A DNA stretch of 64,000 bases. Origin: Geosiphon pyriformis uo1. Taxonomy: Eukaryota > Fungi > Glomeromycota. A model generated the notes under the pieces. It saw nothing but the letters and a program-made list of their open reading frames with translations, was not told the DNA's origin and ran no database searches. Below are positions 14,365 through 28,240 of the stretch, piece by piece; positions within the stretch are counted from its first letter, which is position 1, and each line of letters begins with the position of its first letter. A program made the translations under genes and the position numbers. Location of the stretch: positions 62,001-126,000 of the forward strand of contig JAAOMT010000096.1 in NCBI GenBank assembly GCA_016748015.1, given 5' to 3'.

Positions 14365-15264
14365 TTTTTTTTATGTTTATTGAGTGAAGTCCAAATGTAA
14401 CTTAGAACTATACATCATATAAATGATTTAAACTAGGTGTAAATCATGCTTTTTCTATACATGACTAGCCATTCAGGCCAATCAGAACAATACTATTCAC
14501 CTATATACACAAAGACCATGTCACTAATACCTAAGAGAAACTGACAAGACTTACATAACCCAAAACTAATACCATGTGCATTGGTAATATCCAGTAACCT
14601 AACCATACCAGCCAAAAGCATCAAAGGAAGACCAAAGACCAAGATGAGAATGAAGCCATCACATGGAATTAGCCTATTCTTTTCCATAAAAGCTTGATGT
14701 TTGGTCCGAACCAGCCAAAAGCCTTTCTGGAAAGCGATACACAATTCACATACAAAATTCACTATATTTAAACTCGCAACTTTGGGATCCTTAAAGACAG
14801 AAACTGACTCATCAAACCACCCACTGAATACAAAGCTCTTACACAGAGCAGCACAAATATCCACATTAGCAGCACAATCAAATAGTAACTGAGACACATA
14901 TGAAAAAGAATAAGATAACCCAGAGCACACCTCCCAAATAGAAGCATGAGTATTCATCAACCGAACATGATCAGCAGCATCAAACAGACAAGAAAAAACA
15001 TGATCTGAGACTTTGACATCTTCACAGAACAAATACACCACACTGGGATAAAGTCTACTATAAAGACACTTACACACAGCAACCAGAAGCCAATGATGTA
15101 AAGTCTTCATGAAATAAAAACAAAGACCAGCAGTTCACACACTAGTAAAGCCAGCAGCCAAGTAGGAATCTGGATGCCAAACCAACAATGATCTGGGCCA
15201 ATCAATATCAGCATGCAGACTGGCCACCATAACATGAGAACCAGAACCAATCTCCCAATGCACA
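14365..15264 (-). mobile_element. 5'-truncated LINE (ORF2 C-terminus, 3' UTR, poly(A))
   Basis: ORF 14493..15110 matches the LINE ORF2 C-terminus. Poly(T) at 14361-14372. TSD TGTGTTATTTT at 14354-14364 and 15265-15275. Confidence 0.9.
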
Positions 15265-17531
15265 TGTGTTATTTTAAAAAAATTATTAATATAAATAATT
15301 TAAATATTCAAATTTGATTTTTGTTTTATTACAATTATTGATTTTAAATTTTGGAAAATATTTTTAAAGTTAATTAAAAGAAAATATATACCAATTTGTA
15401 AAATTAATAATTTAAAATTGGTTCTAAAAAATAATATTTCAGTCAATTTTTATATACAACTTTTGCTAAAATTTTGTTATCAAATTTTAAATTATATAAT
15501 TATTGTTTAGAACTTCATAAATATAAAATGATTTATTCTATTTATGTTTAAACTTTCTATTCTATTATTTTTCTACCTTAATTCTATATAAAAAAACTTT
15601 ATTTTCAATTTTAAATTTATTGATAACAGATAGTAGTTTGTTGTCATGTTATTTTTTTTTGTTAAACTTATAATATTCAATATAAGTGACTAATATTTAT
15701 TGTTTTTTTTCTAATATATTAAAAAAAATATAAGTTCTTTGTTATAATATTTCTTAAAAGTTTTTTTTAGTAATTGGTTATATTAGATATATTTATATGG
15801 TAAAATTGATTAGTAATATGGCTGTTTTTTTATAATTTAAATCAAATAGTATGTGTTTTATTGTATTTTGTTTTAGTGTTTTATAAGTTAGTAACACTAA
15901 TAAAATAAAGATATTTTATTTTTGTTTAAAATTGGTTAAAACTTTGGTTAATAATTTACATAGTATTTAATTGAATTATTCTATTAATTTATTTGTTTAT
16001 AGATAATAGAATAATAATAGTAGTCTTTTAATATTAAATTGTTCACAAATTTTTTGTATTAGGTTGTTTACAAAATGTGTTTTTTGATTAGATAAAAGTT
16101 TAATTGGGTATTTATGTCTATAAATAATATCTTTATAGAAAAAATTTGCTATTGATTTTATGTTTGCTCTTTAAATAACTTTGGCTTTAAGTCATTTGGT
16201 AAGATAATTTACTATGACTGTAATATAATAATTTTTTTGTGTAATAATAGATATTCAATCAACTAAATTAATTCTTATTTTGTCAAAGAATTATTCAACT
16301 TTAATTGGATTTAAAGATTCAATAGGACAAATTCTTTTTTTTTTGACAATTATTACATAATTTTATATATTTTCAAATATTTTTTTATATGTAAAACCAA
16401 AATAATGTTCTAATATTTTTTGGATTGTATTATTTTTTTCTAAGTATACTAAAAATAAGTCTGTATATATGTTGTAAAGAATAGTTTTTTTCTTGTTTTC
16501 TTAGATTAATTTGAATAAGTTGGTTAAATTTCTATAATTTTAATAATAAATTTTGTTGTAATAAAGAAAATATTGTTTTGATTAGTATTGTAGTTAATGC
16601 TTTTTAATTAAAGATTAATTTTCTAACATAGTAAAAGTCTCCAAGTAGTTTTTGGGTTTTATTATTTGTTTGTTGTTTATTTGTTAAACTGATAGATTAT
16701 GGTATTAATAGATTATTAATATTAATTTTAATTTTGTTTTATTCTAAAAAGATTATTAACATTAATATGTAATTTTCTTAATTTGTAATAGATAATATAT
16801 TTGTAGTCAGCTAAAAAATCAGTTTATCAAAACCTTTTTTGTTAAGCTATTTGAAATTAATATTGTCAATAATAATGTTAAATTTTTTTTTTTTTCATAA
16901 ATACTATTAAAAGTATTTGAAGATCCATATAATAACTGCTGCTTTTAGTTTGATTAAATTATATTTTGTTTTAATAAATTTGAGTATTCTATTAACATAA
17001 ACAATAACTCATTTATTGTTATTGTTATCTAATTGTGATAGAATTATATCAAATACTGTATATAAAGCATTAATAGCTAATTGAAACCATTTGTTGAAAT
17101 CTGAATAAGCAAAAATTAAGATAGTAGTTAATTTTTCTTTCAGAGTTTTAAAGATTTTTTGTTAAACTAAAGTCTATTAATATTTCACATTTTTGTTGAT
17201 TAAATAGTTAAGAGATTTGGCTATTTCAAAAAAATTTTTAATGAATTTTCGATAATAAAAGACTAATTTTATAAATTCTTTTAATTTTATAGTGTTTTAA
17301 GGAACTTGGAAATTTTTAACAGCATTGATTATTTTGAGATTAGATTGAATTTCATCTTTGTTAACAATGTGTTCAAAAAAGATTAGACTTGTTTTTTTTT
17401 TTTTTTTATTATTGCTTAACAAGTAAGGCCCAAACACTATCTAGTGTTATACATTAAAGAATTGATCTAAACTAGGCATGAATCATGCATTTTTTACATG
17501 TGACCAGCCACTCGGGCCAATCAGAACAACA

Positions 17532-20500
17532 CTACGCATTTATATAAACTGATACCGAATCACCTACACCTGAAAAGAACAAACAGGACTTGCGAAAACC
17601 AAAATGAACACCCAAAGCATCAGTGATACCAAGTAATTTAACCACTCCTGCAAAAAACCTTGAAGCCAAACCATGAACTGAGATAACAGCCGAACCATCC
17701 GGTGGGATCAATCCATTTTTTTCTATATAAGCACAATGCTTAACACAAACTAACCAGACATCCTTCCTGAAAGCAAGACCAAGAAAATGCACAAACTTGA
17801 CAATCTCTAAAACTGCAATTTTGGGGTCGCAAAAGACGCAAACAGTTTCATGAAACCAATCATTGAAAACAAAGCCCTTAAAAAGAGCCATGGACACGGA
17901 GGAATCAGATACACAGGATGACAACAAATGTAAAATATCCAAGGAGGAAAGAAAGGAACCAGAAAGCGCCTTCCAGACTCCTACATGAGAATTCAGCAAC
18001 TGACATCAAGTGGATTTGTCAATCTTGCAGGAGAACACATGATCTGACACCTCTATCTCACCACAATATAAGCATAACACACTAGAATAGTGTCTATTAT
18101 AAAGGCGTTTTCATACAGCAACTGGCAGCTAATAATGCAGAGCCTTCATAAAGTAAGTGTGTATACTGGCCGAAGGCCTGCTGGTAAAACCCGTAGCCAT
18201 GTGCAAGTCAGAATGCCAAACCAATGACGAGCGGAGCCAATCAACCTCGGAAAACAGACGTCCCACTAAAACCTTAGAACCAGAACCAACCTCCTAGTGT
18301 GCATGACAAACAGAACAATAAATATCATGGATAAAATGTCTTGCATTTTCAGAAACAACACCACCATCAACTGCTAAGAAACGTTTACTCAAGCAGGGGG
18401 GAAGATACCACTTGGAGAAAAAAGCGGCACCAGCAATCTCATCAGCACACTCGTTTCTCGGAACGCCAAAATGACTTTTTACCTTGTGAAAACTGACTCC
18501 CAACTCCTTACTACGAATCAAGTTGACAATATAACAATGTTTGATCCAACACTGATTATAAAAATTGGGACACATCAGACTCAACTCCGACCTACAAGCA
18601 TCCAAAGCTGATTGATTATCTGAAAACAAATAAATAGAGCTTGATGAAAGGACACACTCTAAAGCCAAGACAATAGCCTACAACTCTGCCAAAGTAGACG
18701 ACATCAAACCTGACACATTAACACCCAAACTCACACCAATGTCCTCAAAAAAAACAGCAGTGCCAGCTCTACAGCCAACCATGCCAAGATTACTAAGGAA
18801 CCCATCTGTATAAACTGACAAACTGTTAGCACCAGTCACCAGGAAACAATCATAAACAAGCACATATTCACTGGATTTAAGAATGTTCAAAGGACCACTG
18901 TTATTCAAAACCAAAGACTGAGTGTGAGAAGATCCCACACTATTGAGAAACAAAACAGAATGCTTGAACCACTCAGGAACAGAGCCATGGAGGTCCAATC
19001 TCTTCTACTGCTTGAAGATATACTAATCATAGACAGCACCATGATAATCACAAAGTTGATTCACAAAAACAATACCATACCACCGAAGGGATGGGAGAAA
19101 CCTGAAAAATCTTGACTCACTCAGGACCATAAACATTGGTACCCCACCACAAAACCAAAAAGAATTGACCAAAGAGCCACCCAGAGACACATTGCAATCA
19201 AGAAGAACACGAACCATGTCTGCCAGAAAGTTATTAGATGCACTAACCCGAATATGGACAGGAGAACTCAACAGATGAATAAGACGCCAATACAGAACTT
19301 GCAAGTCATAAGACCTGTGGAAAAACAAACAACCCAAGATACCACTAGAGTTCGCAAAACTGACAAGAAAAGCAATCTTGCTCTCAGACTGAATTTGAAA
19401 AAATAACTTTAAACCATAAAATGAAGGGTGATGAATCACATCATTAAAGAAATCAAGTGGCAGACCAGATTTGAGCTTTAAACCTTTACAAATCAGAGCA
19501 TCCCACTTGTTGCACACGCCAACAGGAACAAAACTGAATTGAGTTCTATAGCTGACTATTGGATGTAGAACTGCTGACACCAAATATAAAAACTGTTTAT
19601 TCAAGACCACCTTCTTCAACACCAGATTGGTGAAAAAACGAACGTTCGAATGCATCTTAACCAAACTAGGCTTCAAAAAACCCTCAGTCAAAAGAAAAAT
19701 GCCCAGATATTGGTGTGATTCCCCCTTTTTGGCAATAGAAATGGGTGAACCACTGATAAAAAGAGAGGGATTGCTAACTCTGCTATTGATAGAAATGGCT
19801 ACCATTTTGTCATTAACATGAAAAAATTCACTAGCAATATTGAGAATATGTTGAGTAGCCGTCTAACTGCTGCCAACCCAAATCGTATCATCAACAAAAG
19901 CACCAGTGGCAAAAAAAGAAGAAAACCCAGCCTGAGATTCAGAATGACCATTTTTGGAAACAAAGTGAGAATTCAATCTATACCCACATACACTCTCCTG
20001 TCTTTTGACTTCGCACAAAAGAGGATCATAAAATATGCACCAGAGAAGAGGGGAGAAGACTTCTCCCTGGTCCAAACCATTGTGCACACAATAACCACTT
20101 GTTAACCCAAAATCTGTCATAACTTGGTTGGTATGATCCCTATGAATACTGCCAAAAAACCGAATAAATTTGCTACACATCTTAATCCTGACCAAACTTT
20201 TCTTGAGATGCTCTCAGCCAACTGAGTCATATGCTTTTTGCATGTCTTGAAAAACCAGCCAGAGCTCTCTGTTTTTCTCCAAAGCATCTTCGATTACTGA
20301 TCCAATTGCAAAAATAAGAGACTGGGTTGTTGTACCCTTTAAAACCAAAAAATTGTCCCTTCGAAAAACATCAAAAGTGCTACACGCCAAAGAAATTCTG
20401 TCAGAGAGAATCTTGGAAAGAATCTTGTGAGCTGTTTTAATCAAGGCAATAAGATGTGTATTCGTCAGAACACCTTCTTACTCATAGGGTTTGGGAATCA

Positions 20501-22202
20501 TCGAGACCCATGCTTCCTTCCAAGGGCTAGGCACCAATTCTCTGGACAAACAAAAGTTCAAAAGCACCAGCAACATATCCAGAACTGACCTATTACAGTG
20601 TTTCCAAAGCTCATTTGAAATACCTGACAAACCAGCTGTTTTGTCATCTGGAAGATTAAAAACCACCCCAAAAAACTCATCATACTCAATTGAGCACATA
20701 ACTCCAGAAAAAGCTTTATCAAAAACATATTCTAATGGTTAATACTGGTGACACCAATCAACTGAGATATTACTGACCACCCAGCACTTTCTAGTCCAAC
20801 CCTCCATGATCACATCTACCTTAGACTTAACCAGATCAGGTTCCAAAATCAATTCATCATCAACCACCAAATGATTCAGCACAACCTTATGAAACGGGCA
20901 TTCCAATATACTCCTTATCATATGACTCTTATTCATTTCAAAGCTTTCCATCCTTCTGCTTATGACAGACCTGATGTTTGCCTCTTTAGTATTCTGAGAC
21001 TTAATAAGCTTGGACGCCTAATAAGATTTCCTAACACCCAAAAGAACAGAAAAAACACGACCAGATTCCACACCAGAGTTCACCAAATTCTGAATGGTTG
21101 AAGCTTTAACACTGTCCAAAGAAGCCCAATGCTCCATGAGAGAAGCAAAATCCAAAGCACACCCTACACGAGACGCCTTAATAATCTTCGAAACCAGAAG
21201 CTCCAATTTGTGAAACTTCGAAGAGTCTTTGATAAAGACATCGTTGAATTCCTTGAACCATTTTTTCTTGAAAACCTTACCAGCTGAGAAAACTATTATT
21301 CTGCAAATAACACTCCACATTACATCTAAATCCGAAAGCCTCGCAGAGGCATCAAACTCATCTGAGAACAAAGTAGCATTGGCTGACGTAGCACCTTTAA
21401 AACTGTTCTACTTAATCTCATCAGCACCCTTGAAATCAAATTTCCAATGGTCCCTATTCACTTGTCTGTGAAGAGAGTTTAACTGCATATTCAAAAGTCC
21501 ACCCAAACCTACAGCCATTGAAACAGCTTGGTAATCCATATCAAAATGCTTACTAACATCCAAAACTTCACAATTCACTATCACATCGATCAGATTTGGA
21601 GAAACAAACACATAATCAATCATCTTCATGACACCCCTAGAATTTGCCCAAGTGGGCAATTTTGAAGCTAGGCTTCCAGCCAAAAAATTCACCAGACCCA
21701 AATCTAGACACTTTTTAAAACTTGCATATTTATGAGAACCGTCTTCATTGAAATCACCACCAAGAACAACGAAGGAAGATTCATTAACAGCTTTTGTAAT
21801 GAGACAGTTGACTTCACCAGCCTAAGAGAACTGAACTGCTGAGGAAGCACCAGCATATAGTCCCAGAATAGACACCGAAAGTTTATTTCTGAAAAGTAAC
21901 TTAATGGACAAGAGCTGACCAGACATTTCTGAAATCTTACACATATGTTTTGCCAAAGAAAAATTTATGATGACTACAACACCAGCACTCAGATAGCCAG
22001 ATTCTAAACCAGAGATAAACATTTATACACCATCAAATTTGTTGACAATCCAGAAATGAATCTTTCCTCTTAACTTTGATTCTGTAAAAATAGAAACTAA
22101 ATTGTCTTTATCCTTATGCCAATGAATGACATCGTCCTATTTCACAGGATTGTTCATTCCTCTGACGTTGCAAGTAGCAATATTCCAAATCAGATTGGTC
22201 AT
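17532..22202 (-). pseudogene. LINE ORF2: APE endonuclease, RT, RNase H, CCHC
   Basis: IATCNVRG, GGDFNE, IDYVFVS (APE); DMQKAYDSV, GLDQGEVFSPLLW, AFVDDT, YLGI (RT); VYTDG, TLAEL, SDNQSAL, KVKSH..NECADE (RNase H). Confidence 0.93.
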
Positions 22203-24869
22203 TGAGAAGAAGAAGAATTTGAACCTACACCAAAACTGTCTACTTTGGCCGAAAGGCCCAGAACTGTTTTTATCAGACACTTCATGCTGTCTTCCAACTT
22301 GGACACCACAGATACATCAAAAAACACCACTCCCACAACAACCTTACCACTGGTGGCTGCACCTGAACCCTTACTCATCACTATATCTGCCCCTTAATTC
22401 TGTGATGAAGGAGTCACCAACGGCTGACATCTAGGGCTTGGCTGGGAAACCATTGGCCCAAGTGCATCCAACCTCTTAGCCAGCTTATCCACCTGCTCCG
22501 CGAGGCTGGCAATGTTATGGTTTAAGAATTTAACAAAAGAATCATAAAAATAATACAAACTATTCAATCATAATATAGCGCAGTAATAATTTTAGAAAAA
22601 TAATGATTAACATAGTAGCAAACACCATTTTGTGATAGTGGCAAGCACCAGTTCACAATAGCAGCCAACATCAACTGGTGATAGCAGCAAACACCAGGTT
22701 AAAATATCAAAAAGAAAGTATTACAATGTGTTTTCTCATAGAACTACAAACATGTATATATACAGTAGCTTTAATATTGGGAAAAAAGAAGCAAGTAATA
22801 AAAATCATAACTTATCAAGCAATAGATCCAATTTTATCCAACAAACTCCATTTTAAATCATACTTTCAAATTAAATATCCCAAAAAACCTTTAAATCAAA
22901 AAGAAATGAAAAAGAATATTTAAAACTGAATTATCACAACCCAAAGTATTAAGAAACTTACTTGTATTATTTATTAAATGAAACTATCATTCATCAACTG
23001 AATCTCTTGGAAGAATAATCCTTGATCAAGATTATTCACGTTATTACTAATTGATAAAAGCTTTATTGTAAGAATTAGAAAAAGCACTAAAAGCCATTAA
23101 CATTCTGTGTTTCTAGATTAGAGAAACACATCAGACAATTGTAAAGATAGTCTCAAAAAAGACCCCAGACAGTGGGTAGATTTCAGTTCAGCCTCTAAGA
23201 AGGAGTACATAAACACACACAACAATCAGGAATTGAAGAATAACTTACATCACAACATTAAAAAGAAAGCCTTCAGTATAACAGTAACATTATTACACAA
23301 ATAGAATTAAGAAACTCACGAAAGACTGATTGCAATTAAAATGGGATATCAGCAATTAAATATAACAAAAAAACCATCTTGTAACAGTGAGACTGCACTC
23401 AAGAGTGGCAAACCTATCATCAATTTCCATTGAAACTGGCAGGGACAGCTCTATTTTCAAAGAAGAACCAGATTTCACAGAAACCTTTCATCCAGAGAGA
23501 GGGGGAAAAGAAGACCCACTAGCAACCTTTGCCCAAAAAAGACCACCAAAAGAGACTGGATAAGCAACTGGAGCTGATTGTTTGGCATAGATGGCTGCCA
23601 ATCTGCTTTTATTTGTGTCTGACAGAGCTCTACGCAAAGACAAACTTGATGAAACTTTTCCACCAACCTCACAGCCTAATGATGTATGGCCTAATTTCCC
23701 ATACTTGGCACACTTAGCTGAGACAAGATGAGACCAGCAGAAATTGGTGCCCCTCAATACTGGTGTGGTTCCCACGATGACATCCAGTGATTCAGCAGAA
23801 TCAAAACAGATGACAGCACACTTAGCCCTAATATATGTAACTGGATGACAATCAATAACACATGTCCTTCCACCCACTGAAACAATAAAATCTCAGATGT
23901 CATGAGCAGTCATTCCCATTGGTAAAGTATAGAACAGTGCCCTATGCTGGTCTCTTGCATCTCATGATTCTTTGTCTAAATCCAATCTAGCTACTTGTAC
24001 AGCATCCTTCCCAATTAAGATTGACCATTTCGCCGTGACCAAATTGGCATGACCTGATTGCTCAAACTCTACTACAGCTTTCTGCCACAGTCTTACCAAT
24101 TGCATCTTGATCAACTTAATTATCCCAAACTTGGAGAGCGCAGTGCGCACAGCCTCAGCTGATGTTCCAACCGGAATTTCCTTCAACACCACAGCCCAAT
24201 CTAAGCAACCAGCAGATTTTTTAAGATCAGTGTTTATTATGATATTCGCATCAGTAGCCATTTTGGTAGTCTTCACCAAACTCGATTTGGAAGTGAATGT
24301 TGTCCGGATGATCTCAGCAAATTTTGAGAGGGTAGAAACCCCCCCCCAAAACCATTGATTCTTGAAAACAATTTTCTGACCACCACCAATTTCTCCTGAG
24401 ATGATTTTCCAGTAATCTTGTCTAAGCCAATATCTAAAGTAAAAGATTTATGGATGAAAATGGCAACCAACTTTTTGACAGGTGTGAGAAGTGCCAGTGG
24501 AGTATCAAGAAGAACATCATTATCATTTTTGTCAAGCAAAAAATCAATCTTTCCCAATGGTTTGCCCAGTGCCTTTTTTGTTTTGACTCTTATACCCGTA
24601 GGTGTCTGATCATGATCCCCTTCAGCAAGAGCACTGCCTTTGCTGTAGTCGAAACTGGTTTCCTCTACAAGGCATTTCTCTTCCATGTCAACACTTTCAG
24701 ATTCAGTAGTGTTACTAGTCTCAAAACTCCATGAACTACTTTTCCGAACTTTAGGACCGATATTACTACTACCAGAACTACCTTCCAAAACCCTGCCTCT
24801 TCTCTTTTTACTTGGAAGAATAGGTCTGAAACCACCACCAGAAACAGAAGCTTTAGCAGCTTTCTTCAT
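22199..24869 (-). pseudogene. LINE ORF1 (RRM-like region, degenerate zinc knuckle, coiled coil), interrupted by a solo LTR
   Basis: AVVLKEIPVGT..ALSKFGIIK.IKMQL..LWQKAVVEF; CAKYGKLGHTSLGC; homologous to 45103-46769. Confidence 0.85.
22513..23386. repeat. Solo LTR of a third family (C) inserted in LINE ORF1
   Basis: TGTTATGG...TTGTAACA termini. Flanks GCAA/GTGA are both single-transition products of a GCGA TSD. Removal restores LECSLASLAEQVDKLAKRLD. Confidence 0.85.
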
Positions 24870-25149
24870 AACAGCAATACTACAGCCAACAGTAGCCTTA
24901 TAGTCAAGAATAAAGAGTTTAGATTTATCATACTGAATTGTAAAAAACTTTCTTTAAAAAATTTTATGACTCTTTTTTAGGAATTTGAGACGAAGAAAAG
25001 AAAGAAGTCTATACAATCCAATTTTTTTTTTGTTTTTTTAAAGTGGTATTTCTTGATGTTTAGCTTTAATTTTGCTGTTTGTAATTATTAAAAAACTTTT
25101 TGCAGATTGATTAAATAAGCTTTGAAAGTTGGAAAGTATATATTAGTAT

Positions 25150-25853
25150 TGTTATGGTTAAAACTTATAGTTTTTATTAGTTATTATATAATTAACCACT
25201 TTATTTTTAGATAGTAATTATTAATCTAATTAATAATCTAATTATTAACCTAATTATTGATCTGATTAATAACTTGACCATTAACTTAATTATTGATCTG
25301 ATTATTAATTACTTTAAATAGTTATATAAGCAGCTAAGTTTCTTAGCTATAGAAAAATATGGAAAAATATATGTAAGAAATCAAAAAAATAAAACAATAT
25401 TTATTAATTTATTCATTTTCTTATTATTTGTTTCTCTTTCTATATTTTTTATTTTTAAGTATTTAAATATTTTGAAATAAAAAATAACTTGTTGGTATTT
25501 ATTTACTCTTTTTTAATTTATATAATTGTAATATTTAAAGATTATTAAATAAAATATAATTAAAGAATATATTTAATACCTAATATTGAATTTTAAGAAT
25601 ACCAACATAAAACATAGAATTATATCAGAATGTTATTATTTATTGACAATATAGACTATTTTTCTATTTTCAGATTCTCTAATTATTCTTTGAAAAAATT
25701 AGCAATTAAAATATTTTATAAGACTGATTTTACATATTGAATCTATATTTATTTAATTCACTTCTTAAAGTTAAATTTTTTTTGATTAATTTTATTACTC
25801 TACAATCTTGTTTTTTCTTGTTATTTATTAATTTGTTATTTTAATTTATAATA
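25150..25853 (+). repeat. Solo LTR family B (decayed), inserted in the RT of A2
   Basis: TGTTATGGTT start, 12-bp array, TSD GTAT/ATAT; the flanks rejoin the RT catalytic-motif region. Confidence 0.85.
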
Positions 25854-28240
25854 ATATTATTAAAATAGACAACTACTAATTACCATAAAAGTTTTTTATA
25901 TACAATATTTATAAGTCACTAGAATATTGCTGGTGTATTGCAAAGTCTAAAAAACATTATATTAAATTCATAGTTTTTTTTTTGTATAGTAAATTCTGTT
26001 TTGAAATAATTCTTAAAATCTATTTTAACTTGTCAGTATTTATTTTCTAAGTCTAAAGTTAAGAAAAACTTGGCTTTTCTTAAGGCATCTAATATGTTGT
26101 TAATTTTAGATAAAAAGTATATATCTTCAATTATAATACTATTTAATTAACAATAGTTAACACAAAATCAAGTTTAAAATTATTAATTACTAGCAAAAAA
26201 ATTGGTTCAATTCAACCAATTTATATTATAAAACTGGTTTCAGTTAAATAACAATAAATTTGGTTTTAATAATTAATTAGTACTTCATAATAACAACTAA
26301 TAGCCACCCAAACATTTTTACATTCAACCTAGTTATTTTACAATACCAGAAAATTAGAATTTTTATTATATTGTACTTTTAAAAAGTAAAACTACAGTAT
26401 AATAGTAAAATTTTTTTCTTAATTATATTATAATTTTATTAGCAAAGATTGTCAAAAATGCTAATATTTTAAACATATTTTCATTTAAATTTGAAGTTAA
26501 TAAATTTTTTTTTTACTTAGCAATATAGCAGTCTTTGAACAAAAAACAATTATTACTATATATATAAAAGCTAAAATTAAAAAAAATTTATTTAATTAAT
26601 CTTAAATAGTAAATCTATTGAAAGTATTATTACTTATTAATTGATAAAACAACTCAAAAAAAATATAGATTGACTTATTTAAACAGTAATTATTATAGCT
26701 AATAATATAAAAAAAATATCAGTAGAAAAAATTAACAACTTTTTTTTATTGTTAATAAAATTATCATTCTAATCAAAGTTTTTATTATAAATATATTTTA
26801 ATATTAAGTTCTTATTGGAAATAATTGGCTTCTTAAAGCTAATATAAATTTAGATTAGAAAATATAAAAACTAAAGATTTTTATTAAGAACAATACATTT
26901 ATTTATGATACTTTTAATAAACAATCAAAAAAAGCATTAGTTTTTGAATTTAAAAAAGAATATAAAAAACTAATTATTAAAATCTATATGGTTTTAACTT
27001 TTGGTCTGATTTAGTTAAAAAAGCAAAACAACAGCTATTTGATTAATTTAAACTATAATTAACATTATAATTAAAAAATTCTAATTAACAAATATTATTA
27101 ACAACAATAATTAAACAAATTAACAATTAATATGTTCTTTATTTTAAGCCACAATCTAAGAAACAATCTGTTTATATCTTATTTAAATACAAAAATTGTA
27201 ATAAAAAGCTTTTATTTATGGAAACTTGTATATTATTAAAAAAAAATACAAAACTTATATTTATTACTACTGTAAAGTTTATTATTAAAAACAATTTAGA
27301 AGTTCAAAATAAAGTAGAAAATAAAATAACATATTTTGTCTTATATATAAAGAATTGTTATTAGAAAAATACAATTAGATTGATGTTATAATAAGAAAAA
27401 ATGTCTGTAATTAAATTTGTTAATATGCTCTCTTTATTTTGAAAAAAGTAAAATAATGAATATTTTTTATTGCAGCATATAATAACACTCTTAATATACT
27501 ATATTATTTATATGATGCCAAAATAATCTATAAACTGACAATAATTCTAATTAATAGAAGATTTCAAGAAAATATTTATTAAATAAAAAAGACAGAATAT
27601 ATTAAATATACTATAAAATTAATCAGATCTGACTATAAAAATAAAGTAAAACTTTACTAACATCTAATTATGTATATTTTTTTAAAGAAACTCAAATATA
27701 ATAGTTAAAACAAATAAATATTCAACTTTACAAAGAATATATTATGCTTTGTAATAATATATAGTATCTCAAATACTATACTATTATTTATTGAAGATGA
27801 TTAAAAAAAAACTAAATTCAGAAAAATTGAAAAAAAAGCTTTAACAATTCTAATTTACTTTAATAAAAACCAATTTGTTTTATTTTTCAAATACTTTAAC
27901 AACAATAAGCAAAGAATTAACTTAAAAAAAGTCTACAAAATTAATACAAAATATGACTTATAATATTTAAAAAATAATATATTTATCTTGAACTAAAATT
28001 ATTTACAAATATTTACCTAAAAATTGTTTTTAAAATTCTATTAAGAACAATAATACAAATTGCTTTTCAATTATTACTAACAAGCAAAAAAATTAATATT
28101 AGAAGAAAAATTATAAATATTAAATATATTAAAGACATTATAGTAATATTCCAAAATGAAACTGAAAAGCCATTTATAATTAAACATGTTAAAAAGATTG
28201 CTTAAGCTATTTATTTATTTTTAATCAACATTTTGGGCTT

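Larger units (their letters stand above)
17392..25020 (-). mobile_element. Full-length non-LTR retrotransposon (LINE with RNase H), pseudogenised
   Basis: Poly(T) 17392-17407; ORF2 and ORF1 fragments; 5' end motif ACTTCTTTC shared with the copy at 44782. The host A2 sequence resumes at ~25030 with a probable TTGTTTTTT TSD. Confidence 0.93.
12743..26170 (-). mobile_element. Old decayed family A copy A2 (partial 3' LTR 12743-13540, ORF3, IN, RH, RT), interrupted by two LINEs and a solo LTR B
   Basis: Segments 13541-14353, 15276-17390, 25030-25149 and 25858-26170 are collinear, AT-eroded matches to A1 2343-5715. Confidence 0.85.
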
